A DNA stretch of 62,347 nt, filler included, from Sphacelaria rigidula (taxonomy: Eukaryota), in assembly GCA_964200075.2 (NCBI GenBank). It is 7 parts of 7 records of this genome, joined end to end, with 100 filler letters (N's around TTAATTAATTAA, not from the genome) between each part and the next. Parts side by side here need not be neighbours in the genome. Positions count along the whole stretch, not along the records: positions 17,845 to 26,666 come from CAXNAA020010023.1; positions 26,767 to 35,587 come from CAXNAA020010024.1; positions 35,688 to 44,507 come from CAXNAA020010025.1; 4 more parts are not named here. One strand, given 5' to 3'. Made by a program: the position numbers and the translations under genes. Every line of letters begins with the position of its first letter. Position 1 is the first letter of the stretch. This document shows positions 23,426-36,202 of this stretch, piece by piece. The notes below the pieces were generated by a model, which was given only the letters and a program-made list of their open reading frames with translations, did no database searches and had not been told where the DNA came from.

Positions 23426-24386
23426 CTAAAAGCTACAGTTCTGCTTCACTGGACCTCCAAATGCGCTCAGGACCGGGCTGTTGGGCAATGCCCGCCCCGC
23501 AACCGCCAGAGTGTCACTGCTTGACGTTGGGCTTTGAGTAGTGTTCATGCAACCGCTGACTTGTCACTACTTGCCATCCGACAGTGAGCGATGTTCGTGC
23601 CACCTCTAGAGTGCCACCGCTTGCCGTTGGGAAGTGAGTGATGTCCATGCCACTTTTGAATTAATTCCGACCAAGATACCCCCTCCCCCACAAACCCAGC
23701 CTCCTACGTCTACCTTTGTTCTTAATTTGCCTCAAGTGAGGACGGCGGGGTGGTCAGGCGACTCCTACCCCAGTTCTCTTCGGCGACGTGTGCGATTCGA
23801 GCGCTGTTTTTTTGCTTCGAACGCTTCGAATCTGAATGCACCAGGTTGAACTTATTTTTTAAGCACACGCCCCGCACTCAGCAAAAAAATCGAGGAATTT
23901 CTTATTCTTGCAAGTTTCGAGGGTGCGCTTGAATAACACTGGGGAAAAAAGGTTCAAACCTGGAACGATTCAGCGTTGTGAAGGTTTAGGTGGTATCTGA
24001 ACAGGGCGAGCGTCACCTCAACTCTTCCACAGCGAGCTTGCCTCGGGACAGTTTCGCAGGATGGCAGTCCCGGGACATCCGCAGGTTTCCACGGGGAAGA
24101 GAGGTAATTTTTACAGGGGGAAGGAGACAACCTGAAGAAATGTTCGAAAACAATGGTTGGTACTATTGAGGTGCCGCCAACCCTAACGCTAGCCAAAAAC
24201 CTAACCCCCGACCAAAGCATACCGAGAACCCTCGGGCAAGGGAGATGTCGACTGTTTCCTGAGCAAAGTGCGCCTTGCGAGATCTCAAGCCAGCACCTGC
24301 GGCACCGATTTTGGACGAGCTGAGTCTACTGCTCACCTGCCCCAAACCATAAATTTTCTCGGAACTTTCTCCACTTTGCAGTCAAG

Positions 24387-25980
24387 CACACCCTGGACAA
24401 TAGACGGCATCTATTGCGACAGCAATAGAATCTGCTGCAGTAGATGCCAATATCGTCAACCGTAATTGCCATCGATCGCCAATTTTCCCTTTCTATTGTC
24501 GTTGGCAATGTCTATCGATAGACCAGTTTCCCACACTTTTGTCCGGGCAGCAGTCTGCTGTGGCCCTACACCGGATTCTATTGCGGACGACCAAATGCAC
24601 CGATCGATAGCTTCACATATCTATTGATGACGGCGATGGCTATCGATAGACCGCGTGCCAAATCTACTGATGACGACGATGGCTATTGACAGATTGTATG
24701 CCGAATTCATTGATGGCAGCAATGAATATCGATAGATACACACCAGAATCTACGGTGGTATACAATACCTACCGATACGTTTTCTCTGTCATCTTTTGTC
24801 ACAGCTACATCGCAACATACTACATATAGAGCATATTATACTCCGGTAAGGTACGGTAGAGAAGACGCGGGTGTGCATGCAGTGGGTATATCATGATACT
24901 ACCTGTCAATGTATGACGTCACGTTTCTATGATTTTGTAACGCTCGTGTTTTGTAGGAACTCGCAGCAAGTATTTTGTCGTTGGTGCGGTATTGGTACTT
25001 ATGGCTGTCCCTCTGATGGACATGAGCGCTTACAGTACTTCTGTGTGTGGGTGAGATGTGCTTATACCCTGGAAAATAGACTATGTAATAGAACATTAAC
25101 GCTGCAATAGCCCCGAAAATTTGCTGTTAATGTTTTTTGTCAGTCATAATCGACCGTCATCAATGTCTATCTAAAGCTATTGTACTGTAGGCGACGATAG
25201 ATTCGGGACAAGGGACTGAATGTATCATTGCCGTGACAAAGGAGGGGTCAAGTTGTCTATCGATACACTTTATTTGTTGGGATAGGCTCTGAATTACGGC
25301 CACCAATGTCTATTCCTGATCACAATATGATCTGCCACGCGGTCACCAGTACGTATTGTTGGTCACAATGGGATATCAATTGCGCCCAACAGTGTCAATT
25401 GAGGGTTACAACAGAATCTGAACCGCGGCCACCAATGTCTACCGCTGTTCACAATGCAATCTGAATCGCGGCTACTAATATCTATTGCTGACCACAAAAG
25501 TAGCTGAATGGCGTCGATCACTAGCGCTATGCATGCACAAATTTCGTATTGTTGGCGTCACTGGCCATCGATATGTGCTCCGAGGAACAATCGGTTGTTG
25601 ACGACAATGCCCATTTTGATGATACCGAAAAATGCCTTGCCAGCAGCAGAGGCTACCGATAGACGGTTCACCAATCTATTGATGACGGTAATAATCATCG
25701 ATGGAAGGCTCACCAATTGTACTGATTATGGAAATGGCTATCGATATATAAATCCCAGAATCTATTGCGGTACACGATGTCCATCGTTGGCGAGTGATCT
25801 GTATCTATTGTAATTGCCATAGACTATCGATCGACTATTGCGACATATATCGTTCATTGCAGTACATATCAATAGATGTGCTTCACCATTTATCGTGTTC
25901 GACAATGTATATCGATCGGTTTTCCCCCGTGTCTACTGCTCAAGCAATGGACCATTATTGTGCCTGTTGTCCAGAGTGTG
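24387..25980. mobile_element. 1594-bp non-autonomous TIR transposon with a perfect 8-bp TSD (CAGTCAAG)
   Basis: Ends CACACCCTGGACAA / TTGTCCAGAGTGTG. TSD at 24379-24386 and 25981-25988. ATCGAT/CTATTG-rich ~41-bp subrepeats inside. Confidence 0.88.
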
Positions 25981-26561
25981 CAGTCAAGTGAAATCAAGGA
26001 CGAACCACTGTTCAAGAACGCATCTTAAGGTCTACTGGGGTCGGGGCCTGTTCGCCGTACAGCCGAAAAGCTCACCAAGTCAACCATATGTGTTTCGAAG
26101 TTCCCCACGGATTTTGTTTTTGTCAAGTCAAAGTCAGGAATGAGTCCCCAGAGGAGCTGATTGACCATTCTGACCAATCATGGCTATCAAAATGGTCACT
26201 CTGTTCCCGTACAGGTTGACTACTTCGCTGTCTAGCTGCATTCCTCATTATGGTCATGAAAATTCAACCAGACTACATGGGCCCAAATAACGTGTTTTTT
26301 TCTTTGCTCGTGGTCTGTGCCGCCTGTCCGACGCCTCATGTATTACCAGCACGGCTTCGTGCCGCCTGTAGTGTCCTCGTGGAACACTAAGCAGAGACAT
26401 CAGCAGCATGCAGCAGATTGTGTCCAGTGGAGAGCGATTGCACGCTTACTGTTTCTTGCCGTTGTATCCAGCCAAGACATACAGCACACAGACTGACTCT
26501 GCATGTAATTGACTTCAAGGTCAAACCCGGTCAGGGGTTTTTCGGGACTCTTTTCTGTCAG

Positions 26562-26666
26562 GCCGGTCGCCCCGGTGGCTCAGTTGGTAACCTCGGAACC
26601 TTCTGATGGTCAAGTTGTGGGGTTCGGTTCCCGGAGCGATCTGGGATTTTTTCTCACACCATGCCC
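26562..26666 (+). mobile_element. SINE (main family) 5' head, cut by the scaffold end
   Basis: GCCGGTCGCCCCGGTGGCTCAGTTGG ... GGTTCGGTTCCC. Confidence 0.85.
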
Positions 26667-27396
26667 NNNNNNNNNNNNNNNNNNNNNNNNNNNNNNNNNN
26701 NNNNNNNNNNTTAATTAATTAANNNNNNNNNNNNNNNNNNNNNNNNNNNNNNNNNNNNNNNNNNNNGTCGCATCACTTCGAGGTTCTGCGAATCGCATCA
26801 TCTCAGCCCCATAACAGTGGTTCAACCTTTCTTGGAGATCTGAGCTCAAGCTTCTCTCCTGACATTGGCGATCGACGATAGTCCTGTCCCAGACGCAAAG
26901 ATGTATCAGTGTTAGGTACGCAGGGACCTCTACCGATCGGTGACACGTTTCACACCAGACTTCGCTGGTCATGTAATTACCGTGACACTTTCACTCCGAT
27001 ACGGTCAAACCTACGGTAGAAACCACGCAACACTTATTAGATCTTGCCTGTCTCAGTCCAAGTGCAGAAGTGAAGATGTGTGCAAGCACCTTGCTCAGCA
27101 TATGGGTCGATTCTTGGTGGACGATGGGTGTTGTTAGCAGCGGTCAGCAGATGCGAAGTGCAATACAGTAGTCGGGAGACGATTATCAGTTTGCCTTCAG
27201 AATTGGTTGCTTTCGTGTGCTTTTTTCTTGTGGCCCAGTCAGTGGGGGACCAAGTTGCACGATATGTTTCCCACCAAGTCATCATTAGACTGAAGAAGGT
27301 GTAGCCATGATCCAATTGCTCTATAGTCTACTATACAGGGTCATTATCCACCCTGTAACAGTCCACAGGGGTGAAGACAGCAGCGCAACGTCAGAG

Positions 27397-30300
27397 ATGT
27401 CCGGTAAGAGGAGCCGTTCGAACAGCGATGCGAGTTTTTGAAGTGGTGTGCGTACCAGAGCCAAGAAAAAAGCAGACGATGCATTTTGTCCACTCACAGA
27501 TAGAGTAGACCGAGTGACAGTTGCATCCGAAATGTCAGCCGTACAAGATGAAAAGGTATAGACGGAGTCAGCTGAAAGTGTGTCGGACGAAGGGCCGAGA
27601 CTTTTAGCAAATAATGCAATGTTCATCACGGTGGGGGAAAGGGGTGTAACGAATCAAGTTCACTTAGCACCTCCCCTCCCGGAAGTAGAGAGCATGACCT
27701 GCTCGCGGGGCACTTCACATGACATTGTGGATAATTCGCCTCAGGTAGGAAACGTTGGGTCCGTGAGGGACACTGTCGGGGCGACAGACACCAACGTCGA
27801 AATGTTGGATCAACCTCGAGTAGAACAACGAAATTTGTTCATACTCGAGCTCATCTGCTAGTGAATTTGCACCTCACCTGTCCACACCCGATGTAGAGCA
27901 AGGGAGTTCGCGATCAAAGGCATCCGGGGTAATTCAACAAATTATCATGTTGCATAAGACAGAATCCGAGTTGCGTTCGGTCCTGTCGGAAATTGAACTG
28001 GGCGGCGATATCACGAAAGACAATGAGCGGGTCGGTGCCCAGCGGCACAATAGTCGGATGTCGGAGGTACGCGCTGCACCAGTAATATCAGAAATAATGG
28101 GCGGCTCAGCAGGTAGATCACAGGCCACTACTGGGCAGTCGGATAATCAATCTCATTTGCTCACACAACCATGCGATTCATCCACGGAACTGTTAGTGAC
28201 CATGAGCGCCATGTCTGTTGCTGGTACTGTCCTCTCGCCCATAGACACGAAGGATCGCAAAGTAGAAAAGGGGAAGTCTAAGGAATCCTCGGGGGTAGAA
28301 GTGCCGGGGGTGATGATACCTCACACCTCCCCTTCCGACGAGGCCCGGGCTGGCAACCCTGCAGGCCCTTCGGACACTCCAGACACACCGGACACTCCGG
28401 TTATTACGGCCGTCGAGGTGAATAAATCCAGTACGAGTGAAGTTGAATCAGTTGCACCTAGTTTGAACACCACGGTAAGGGTAGAGCACCAGAGGACAGT
28501 GAAAGACGATGCGTTGGAATATGTTCGTCAAATGCTGGACTCGCTGTCATATGCGGATCGTTGCCAAGTGGTGGGCATTGATGCAAATGATGATCGGCGT
28601 CTGTGCACCACTGTAGCGGCACCGGGGTGTGTATAAACTCCTATTCAGGCTGTACAGGCAGGACCCAGGGTTACAGACGTAGAAACCAAGAAGGAAAAAG
28701 GCAACCGCGTGTCAGAAGCCGATGTAAAAAACATGGGTAGGGACGCCCCACTAGCTCAAGTACAGTTGGTCCCGTCCCGGGAAGTCATGTCACCTGCCGG
28801 TTCAGGTCCGGACGGCGATGAAGCTCTTGCTTTGGTACTGTACCAAGCGGAACTTCAAGCAGAGGCTCATAGACGTAAGCAAGCAGCGGTAAGTCTGAAG
28901 AACGACGAAGCATTGGCCAAAAGGTTGTCAGGAGCGGTAGTCGCGGCTCCATCTGCAAGTAAGGCAGAACACAACAGTCAGGCGGCTTGGAGTATAGTCG
29001 GGAAGAGAGGAAAGCCATCCTCTCAAGCGGTGAAGACGCCCCTCACTCCTGCCGATGTAGATGGTAACAAACTCCGTATCCGTCCGCATGTTGCTGACCC
29101 TCACCAGGAGCATGCTAGGGGGTTGCTCTGGCAAGGTAGTGGGAAATTTGGCGAAGCCAAAGAGAGGTTTCATAACACCCAAGCTGCACGGGCAGCGGTA
29201 GAATGGAAGATGCAGGAAACCATGAAGAGATTGGCCGCGTTGCAAGCGGAGCAGGACAGCTTCCATGAGGTTGAGGATAGAGACGAGGCGGCGGTGTACG
29301 AGGCCCGTCGTAATAGGGAAGAAGTGCGGGCAGCTGTGGTGCAACAGGCCAACATTCTGCCACAGCGTCTGACTCCGGGGGAGATGGGGGGTCGGGTCTG
29401 TGACCTCCCCCAGATGGGGGTGTGGGAGGCGGTAAATATGCCGCCCAGAGAAATGGCTCCTGAGGGGCCGACGGTCCACCGCCGACCGGCGGTTCAGATG
29501 GCTCCGGTGCTGGCGCACCACCATCCTAGTCGGCCGGAGGGCTTTCAAAACCTGACGCTGGAAGACTTTCGAGTGTTGCAGCGGACGTGTCCGCCGGACG
29601 TAAATTTGATAGAATTTTGCAACTACCAAATATTTGTCAGAGATGTGACCCTATCCCAGGGTCCACAGGGGTTTCCGCCGCCGGGGCAACAGGGGAACAT
29701 CGGGGAATCGGAGGGAGGGAGCTCGAGCAGTTGGTCGGATGGATCACGCTCCAGGGGTAGGGGGGGGGCGATCTTCATCTCGCGGAGGCTACCACAAGAG
29801 GTATGATCCGGAGCAAGTGGAAGGTGGAACCTCAAGAGACCCAATAGATGTATGCAGGGAGGACCCTCAGTCCTCAGACACTTCTCCTAAAATTGAAATT
29901 ACGCAAGTACGCCGCATAATAGATCCACAGGTGATTCAGGTATCAAATCAAAATGCAACTACGAGTGTACAACCTTCTCGCATTGCAAGTAGCCACATGA
30001 ATGTGTCGGCACCAAGACAAAGTGTCCCGGTACCCCCACAACTTGAGTTGGCGCCTAGGTCTGATGTTCCTGCATCGACGCCCGCCAAAACGGCAACCGA
30101 AATAGCCCGAGAATATGCCAAGATGGACACGACCATTTTGATAGAATTACCTAAGTTGCCTCTGAGTCCCGATCACGACGTAGCGGATTTGGTTGCTTTT
30201 AGTGCTGCTCTACGCGACTCTATACAGGACATGCGCGTGATTGTAGGTGATGTTGAGCCGGTATACTGGCACCGTGGGTGGGAAAAGTGATTGCAGAAAC

Positions 30301-31230
30301 ACTTACTGAGGGCTATCCGTTCAAACAAAAATTCCCCGTACTCCCAGGCCGCATCTGCCCTGAGGAGCCAGATTGCCGACATAATCGGTCAGGCGATTCA
30401 GATGTAAGATGCTGGATCAACTGATCCTGAGACGTTTGATCATGTACTCCGCATGATGTGTAGGGTCCTGAGCAAGGTCACTCCGGCCGGTGTTATGAGT
30501 CTGTTAGTTAATTTCACAGTGGAACCGGAGACCACGTTCGCAACGTATTTGTCGGAATTACGGTTGCTGGTAGTCAATGTGCAGAGCGTAGGTCGTGAAC
30601 TAGCCCCAGGTAATGGCTCAATTCAGTAGGCGGTGAAGAATGGTATCGACGATCAGTTTCCCAACATCAGTGCACAAGCAAGGTAGACACCATCGGCCCC
30701 TGCCTTTCGGGGATGTAGATAAAATGATGACAGCTTTGAGGGATTTTGACACAAACACCTCCCTAGCTGTAGCACCCTCTCGTTTCGGAATCGGGCGTGT
30801 AGGTGGCGTCACGACAAGGGCTAGGCATCATGCAAAGGCCCTCCATAGTCGAAAATTTGGTGGGGTAATGGCGATCACTGACATGTTTGAGGAGGAAGAC
30901 ATTGAAATGCAGTATGTCAACTCCATTGGTATGAAAAACAACCATCGGTTTGGGAAAAAGGGTAGAGATCCCCCTTTTTATGAACCGTTTGACTCTCGCG
31001 AGGCCAAGGATGCTGCTAGAAAAGCATTCGGACCTTTTTGTTTGAACTGTGGAAGTGAGGATCACCTTTTGGCGAGAGAGTATCCACACGACTTTATGAA
31101 TAAATCTTGAATCATTAACCATGAAATTGGAAATGGCACGTCACAAGAAGTCTCATCCAAATGGCGACGATGGGAGCGAAGACCGTGTGACTACCATCGT
31201 AATAGGAACAGTCACCGAGGGCGCGACGGT
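27397..31230 (+). pseudogene. gag: Gag-like region with a long low-complexity N-terminus and a degenerate CCHC knuckle
   Basis: ORFs 27580, 27947, 28709, 29739 and 30640 are linked by in-frame stops or frameshifts. CLNCGSEDH at ~31039, with the last Cys lost. Confidence 0.65.
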
Positions 31231-33059
31231 GAAGAGTTGGCCAATTCACCAATAGCACCTCGGCCCGCTATAATAACTCGAGGACCTGACCCTCTCGCAG
31301 ATAGTGCAAGCACAAGTAGCGGCACTGTGTCTAGTCCGCACGGTCCAACTAGCTCACCCATGCACAGGAAGAAATCTAGTCGGAGAAACGGGGGAGATCC
31401 GTTTCAAAAGGGTAAGATTTGTGGTTCCGGTGAAACGTTGGAATCCAGCACGGTGACAGATCATCCTCGTGACGGTATTCTAAAGGTTAGAAAGAAATCA
31501 CAATCCTGTACAGATAAAAGTGTCAACCAGTCTGTAGGCAATTCATTGCAGCCGGGTAAAGGTAGCCTCTCAGTGTTGAAATCTTGTGAGGCATTCAAGT
31601 CTGGCCGTCGGAATGGTGTGTTGAGTAGGGATAGCTCCCCTAGTTGTGCGCCGATTCTGAACGATCTTTCGTGTGACAGTAAAACATCGAGTGCAGAAGC
31701 ATGCAGCCAAGTTTTATCAATTGAGCCTTTGGTCGCCGCTAGGTTTAAGGATGAACCCGATGTGATTGTACAGTCACATAGTACAGAGCACCCATCAGAT
31801 AATGTAAGCATCCAGGGTCAGGCTAGAATTCCGCATGGTTGAGAAAGTAATCAAAATAAATCTCACTACCCAGTTGGACCGGGGACCACATGCCAGGAGA
31901 TTCCCGCCGAAAGTTCCCCCGTGCAAGGCAAAACCGCCCGCACCGGGAGGAACAGTAATAATAGTAGTCACCTACTTGGACGGAATGATAAGTCTCCCGT
32001 TGAATCTAGAACTCCCGCGGTGCAGTGTGCAAATGCCCGTAACAGTCGGGGAAATATATATGCTCCGGCAGGGGAAAAGGAGAATTGCCCCGCCGAAATT
32101 TCCACTGGGCAAGATGAAAACAAACGTACCAGTTCGACAATTATGTGGAAGTCGTGAGACTCCCGGTGACGGTAGAAACCGTCGAAGGTGGCCGATGATT
32201 TCCCTCGGGTTATGTGGTCAAGGATTGACCGTAAGTCGTGGGGTTGAGGCAAAGTGGATCACTCGGGAAAGCTCGACGAGCGCGAGCGAGTTAGCCCGAT
32301 GACGAAGTCTGAGAGTCTTGGTCAAGAGTGATCCCCAGGGATAGCCAGCAGTTCGCTGGGAAGATCCCTTTTACCTTGGGGTCCCAGATCCGGCTGTACA
32401 GAGATGGAAGTTTCGGGGCTCCTGCGAACTTACCCCTGTAGCAGCCGTTCACTAGGTTACACGTCATAAAAGGAAATCTCTCCGCACATGCCCAAATGGC
32501 GATCTCCACAATTAGTAGCATTCAAGCAGGCAGGAATAAAAATTCTTCAAGTAGAGACTCCGATGTGCCTAGCCGATCAGCACGCAACAGTCGGGGCGAC
32601 AGTAAGATAGGTCAGGGAGGATCAAGTGTTGTTGGTTCTACTCTCGATCTAGCAACCGTGCACGAAAGTGGATCAGCTGATGACGATAACGATGTGCAGG
32701 GTTGCAAGATGACTATTGATTTCCCCGATAGTGCCGTTGAGGCATCCCAAGATACTTCATGTCGACAAGATAGTGATGAATTTTCGTGTTGTGTCGTGCG
32801 CAGTGTAGTTGTAGAAAATGGTAGCGGCCCAAGTAGGACACCGGGGGAAAGTATTTACGCGCTGGACCCGAAAACTGGCAGTCGTTTGCCTACAGAACCA
32901 GTTTCTGCCCGCGTGCCAGCGACAAGATCTAGTCAGGTTGCGCGAGGGAGGAAACGACCCTACTTGGAAGAAATTCAGCAAGTGATGGGAGGAGAAGTGA
33001 GTTTAAACCGTAAAGAAAGTTCAACCTGGGCACAACTTTTCTCAGGCCCGAAGGCAACT

Positions 33060-33400
33060 AGAACTTTAGAGGTAAAAGCTTTGATAGACACGGGGAGTCC
33101 TGCGACGTTTATTCATCATAAAATATGGAAGAAAATGGTTGATGTCGGGGCAGCTACCATTGAAGGTACCCGGGAGATAGACCCTGGATCCTGGGGTGGT
33201 TTCAATGGTGTTCCGTTGTGCATTTCTTCACAGGTGCGGTTGAATATTCGTTTGTGGCCTAGAAGACCCAAAAATATCAGTTCAAACCGGACGCGCATGT
33301 TTGGCAATTTACGCTCATGTAGTACCGGACGGAACAATTAACTATGACGTTCTAGTAGGACGTGATGGCCTAGGTTTATTCCCGGTCAGAACGTATCGTG
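33060..33400 (+). pseudogene. Retroviral-type aspartic protease (frameshifted)
   Basis: VKALIDTGSPATFI (D at 33087) and downstream YDVLVGRD in another frame. Confidence 0.85.
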
Positions 33401-33888
33401 ATGTAAACCGACGAGAAACAGTCATGACCTTGCAAGAAAATAACATCGACTCAGTTGATCGTGCGTTTGCGGAACAAGTCCGCAGTGCTGTTGGCTTCGT
33501 GGAACCAAAGTCGTCGGCAGCTCAAGTTACAGTAGTTAACAACGGATCTCAGGAGATGATACGACCAGATATATTGTCATGGGTCCCTGTCAAACTCTGT
33601 AACATGGATGGAACACCGTCTGAGGGTGGTGGCTCTTACTATGTAACTCTGGATCCAGATTGGTCTCCCCAAAAGATTATTATAGAAGCAGGTGACTCCA
33701 TCATCCCTCTCCATTATACCGGTTTAGAAGGACAGAGTTTGTCCCCGACCACCACTCTAGATTTCGCTGGAGCACCTTTAGTGCCATGCTCTTTGGAGGA
33801 AGTTAAGATCTCTAAAACAACGGAGCCGGAACCCGAGGAAGTATTCACAGTAGACCAGCAGTCAGAAGCACCTCCAGTCTGAGCAGGC

Positions 33889-34641
33889 TTGGACGGTGAA
33901 CAACAACAAGCGCTCAAAGATATGTGGGTGAAACTTCCCACACATATGCGAAAAATAAAGTTTGGGTTGGAAGGTGCGCACTGGAAGATGAAGGACATCA
34001 AAACTTTGGGGGAACTCTTGTGCAAATATTCACATAGATTTTCAAAGAACAAGATGGATTTGGGGTATTGCATGGTGGATCCGTTTAGGATTGAACTCAA
34101 ACCGGGAACGAGGCCTGTAAAACAGCGCCCGTATCGGCATAACCCGGCGGTCCAAAAGAAAGTACAAGTGAAAATCGATCGCATGTTGGCTGCAGGCATT
34201 TTGAGGAGATCATGTTCAAATTGGAGTAGTCCGCTAGTAGTGGTGAACAAAGCGGATGGGTCCATTCGAGTTACGTGCAACTACAAGAAGCTCAATGATA
34301 GTACAATAATTCCGGTGTTACCAATTCCAATAATTGAGGAACTCCTAGATGAACTGGGGGGTGCCAAAATATTGTCATGTTTGGACATCACTTCCGGTTA
34401 CTTTAACGTAGCTATACACCAGGACTCAATTCCTCTGACGGCGATTTGCACGCAGAGTGGTCTGTATGAATGGTTGGTCATGCCTATGGGATGTGGCGGA
34501 AGTCCAGGTTGGTTCCAGTCTATCATGACAAGAATATGTGATGGGTTAGCACGATGTCGCCTATACATGGACGATCTGTGTACGTCCAGTGGAACAGGAG
34601 GACAACATGTAGAGGATCTGGAAGGTCTTTTTCAACGACTG
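33889..34641 (+). pseudogene. pol: Reverse transcriptase, Ty3/gypsy type, 3'-truncated
   Basis: PVKQRPYR, SNWSSPLVVV, NYKKLN, LDITSGY, YEWLVMPMG and YMDD (34564). Confidence 0.93.
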
Positions 34642-35406
34642 TCGGGGCGCAAAAGGGGACGTTTTTAGCCCAAAATTGGTGCTTTCGCATGTACGCTTTG
34701 GGGGCACCGAAGCCGGGCAACCCCGACAAAACATTTGAGGAGGTCGGGGGGCATGAGGTCGCCCTTATGGAATTCATTGAGCATGGCTTCAGGTCAGGGA
34801 AAGCGCGGTATTCGAGTTGAAACTCATTCAAATGTTGAACGTCAAAAACGGATCCAGGCTCTTAGACGTAAATAAAGCACGTGTGCTAACTCTGCAGAGA
34901 GACCGGCAGACTTTTCGGTTTTTATCGGTGCCAATTGGTCGATTTCTCGCAGCATACCTAGCTACATTGATGATACAAAGATTAAAACAGCCTAGGTTTA
35001 TATGTATCCGACACTTTCCTCCGCGCTGTCCCCCCTTGTTCGTGTAGTTTTCATGGATACTTCGAGGGCGCTGATACAAACACTCATGAGTACGAAAACC
35101 TCGCGCCACTCACTGACGAAGGAATCTCGAGCGATACTGTGGTGATGCTCGTTCAGGAGGTACGCGTCATCCCCTTCGCGTGAAGATGCCTTGTAGCTGT
35201 GAGTCCACACAGGTCGCCCCCCTTTGACCCCCCCCCCGAGACACTGCCCCACAAGCCAAAATGGACCTCCCACCAGACGTGCAAGCATGGTAGATATGAA
35301 CAAGTCGACGCACGTAACCCACGCGAAAAACTCGTGGTAGGTCTCGGCTGTGCAGAAGCATCGTCGGATGTCGTGATCGTTCGTCTAGTTTTCTGGACAA
35401 GAGGGA

Positions 35407-35587
35407 TGCTACGGTAGGGGTACACAAATATCTTCTGAGGTTAAATTTGTTGGGAGCCATTCATCTCATCAAAAACACCACTTATGAAAATATGCGAGAC
35501 ACGCCAGGATGACTATTCCAATGTGCTGGGGATATCCCGAATTAATCTGCAAACGGGGATGCCCTGACCCATATTCTTGTGCGTCTA
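35407..35587 (+). mobile_element. 245-bp MITE family copy, cut by the scaffold end
   Basis: Starts TGCTACGGTAGGGGTACAC and is colinear with 37681. Confidence 0.85.
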
Positions 35588-36202
35588 NNNNNNNNNNNNN
35601 NNNNNNNNNNNNNNNNNNNNNNNNNNNNNNNTTAATTAATTAANNNNNNNNNNNNNNNNNNNNNNNNNNNNNNNNNNNNNNNNNNNNTCAGGCAGAAGAA
35701 ATCGTGAATTTGGTGATTTTGAGTCGTGATGATTTGTCCTAACCGTGCAAGCTTTGGAATAGAAGTTATAAAAATGCATGGCATTTTCTACACACCCCTA
35801 GTTTGGGGAGTTCATTCGCTTGAGTGGATGGGTTCCTTTGTCCCTGTCTCCTCAGAAAACGAGCGACCGGAAAGAATGCCACGGTAACAACGTTTAGGAG
35901 AGTACGCGAGCAATATCCTGACCACCGGGTCCCCCATGCTCTCGAAAAACCATACTGAATCGCCAATCGCCAACAAAAGTGGGCGATAGGATATTACGAA
36001 GTTGAATGTACGTCTGTGTCACAAGAAGGTGTAACTTTGAAGCAGAATGAAATTGGTTTTCCGCATTTTCCACGTGGGACATTTACCGAATCACGGTGAA
36101 GTCGTTGAACACCAAGCCCAAGTGTCCTCCGTCGCAGTTAAAGCGGTCGTGCTTTGCCCATTACGGGCTGTTCGCCCGCCGAGTTTTGCTCATCGTCATC
36201 GG

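Larger units (their letters stand above)
27397..34641 (+). mobile_element. Decayed Ty3/gypsy LTR retrotransposon gag-pol, truncated inside RT
   Basis: Colinear ORF fragments broken by stops and frameshifts. Order is Gag Zn-knuckle, aspartic protease, RT. RNase H and integrase are absent. Confidence 0.9.

Noticed and set aside
27115..27127. Primer-binding site TGGTGGACGATG for the gypsy element
   Set aside because: It resembles a tRNA 3' complement but is not preceded by an LTR-ending CA, and no second LTR is available to confirm it.
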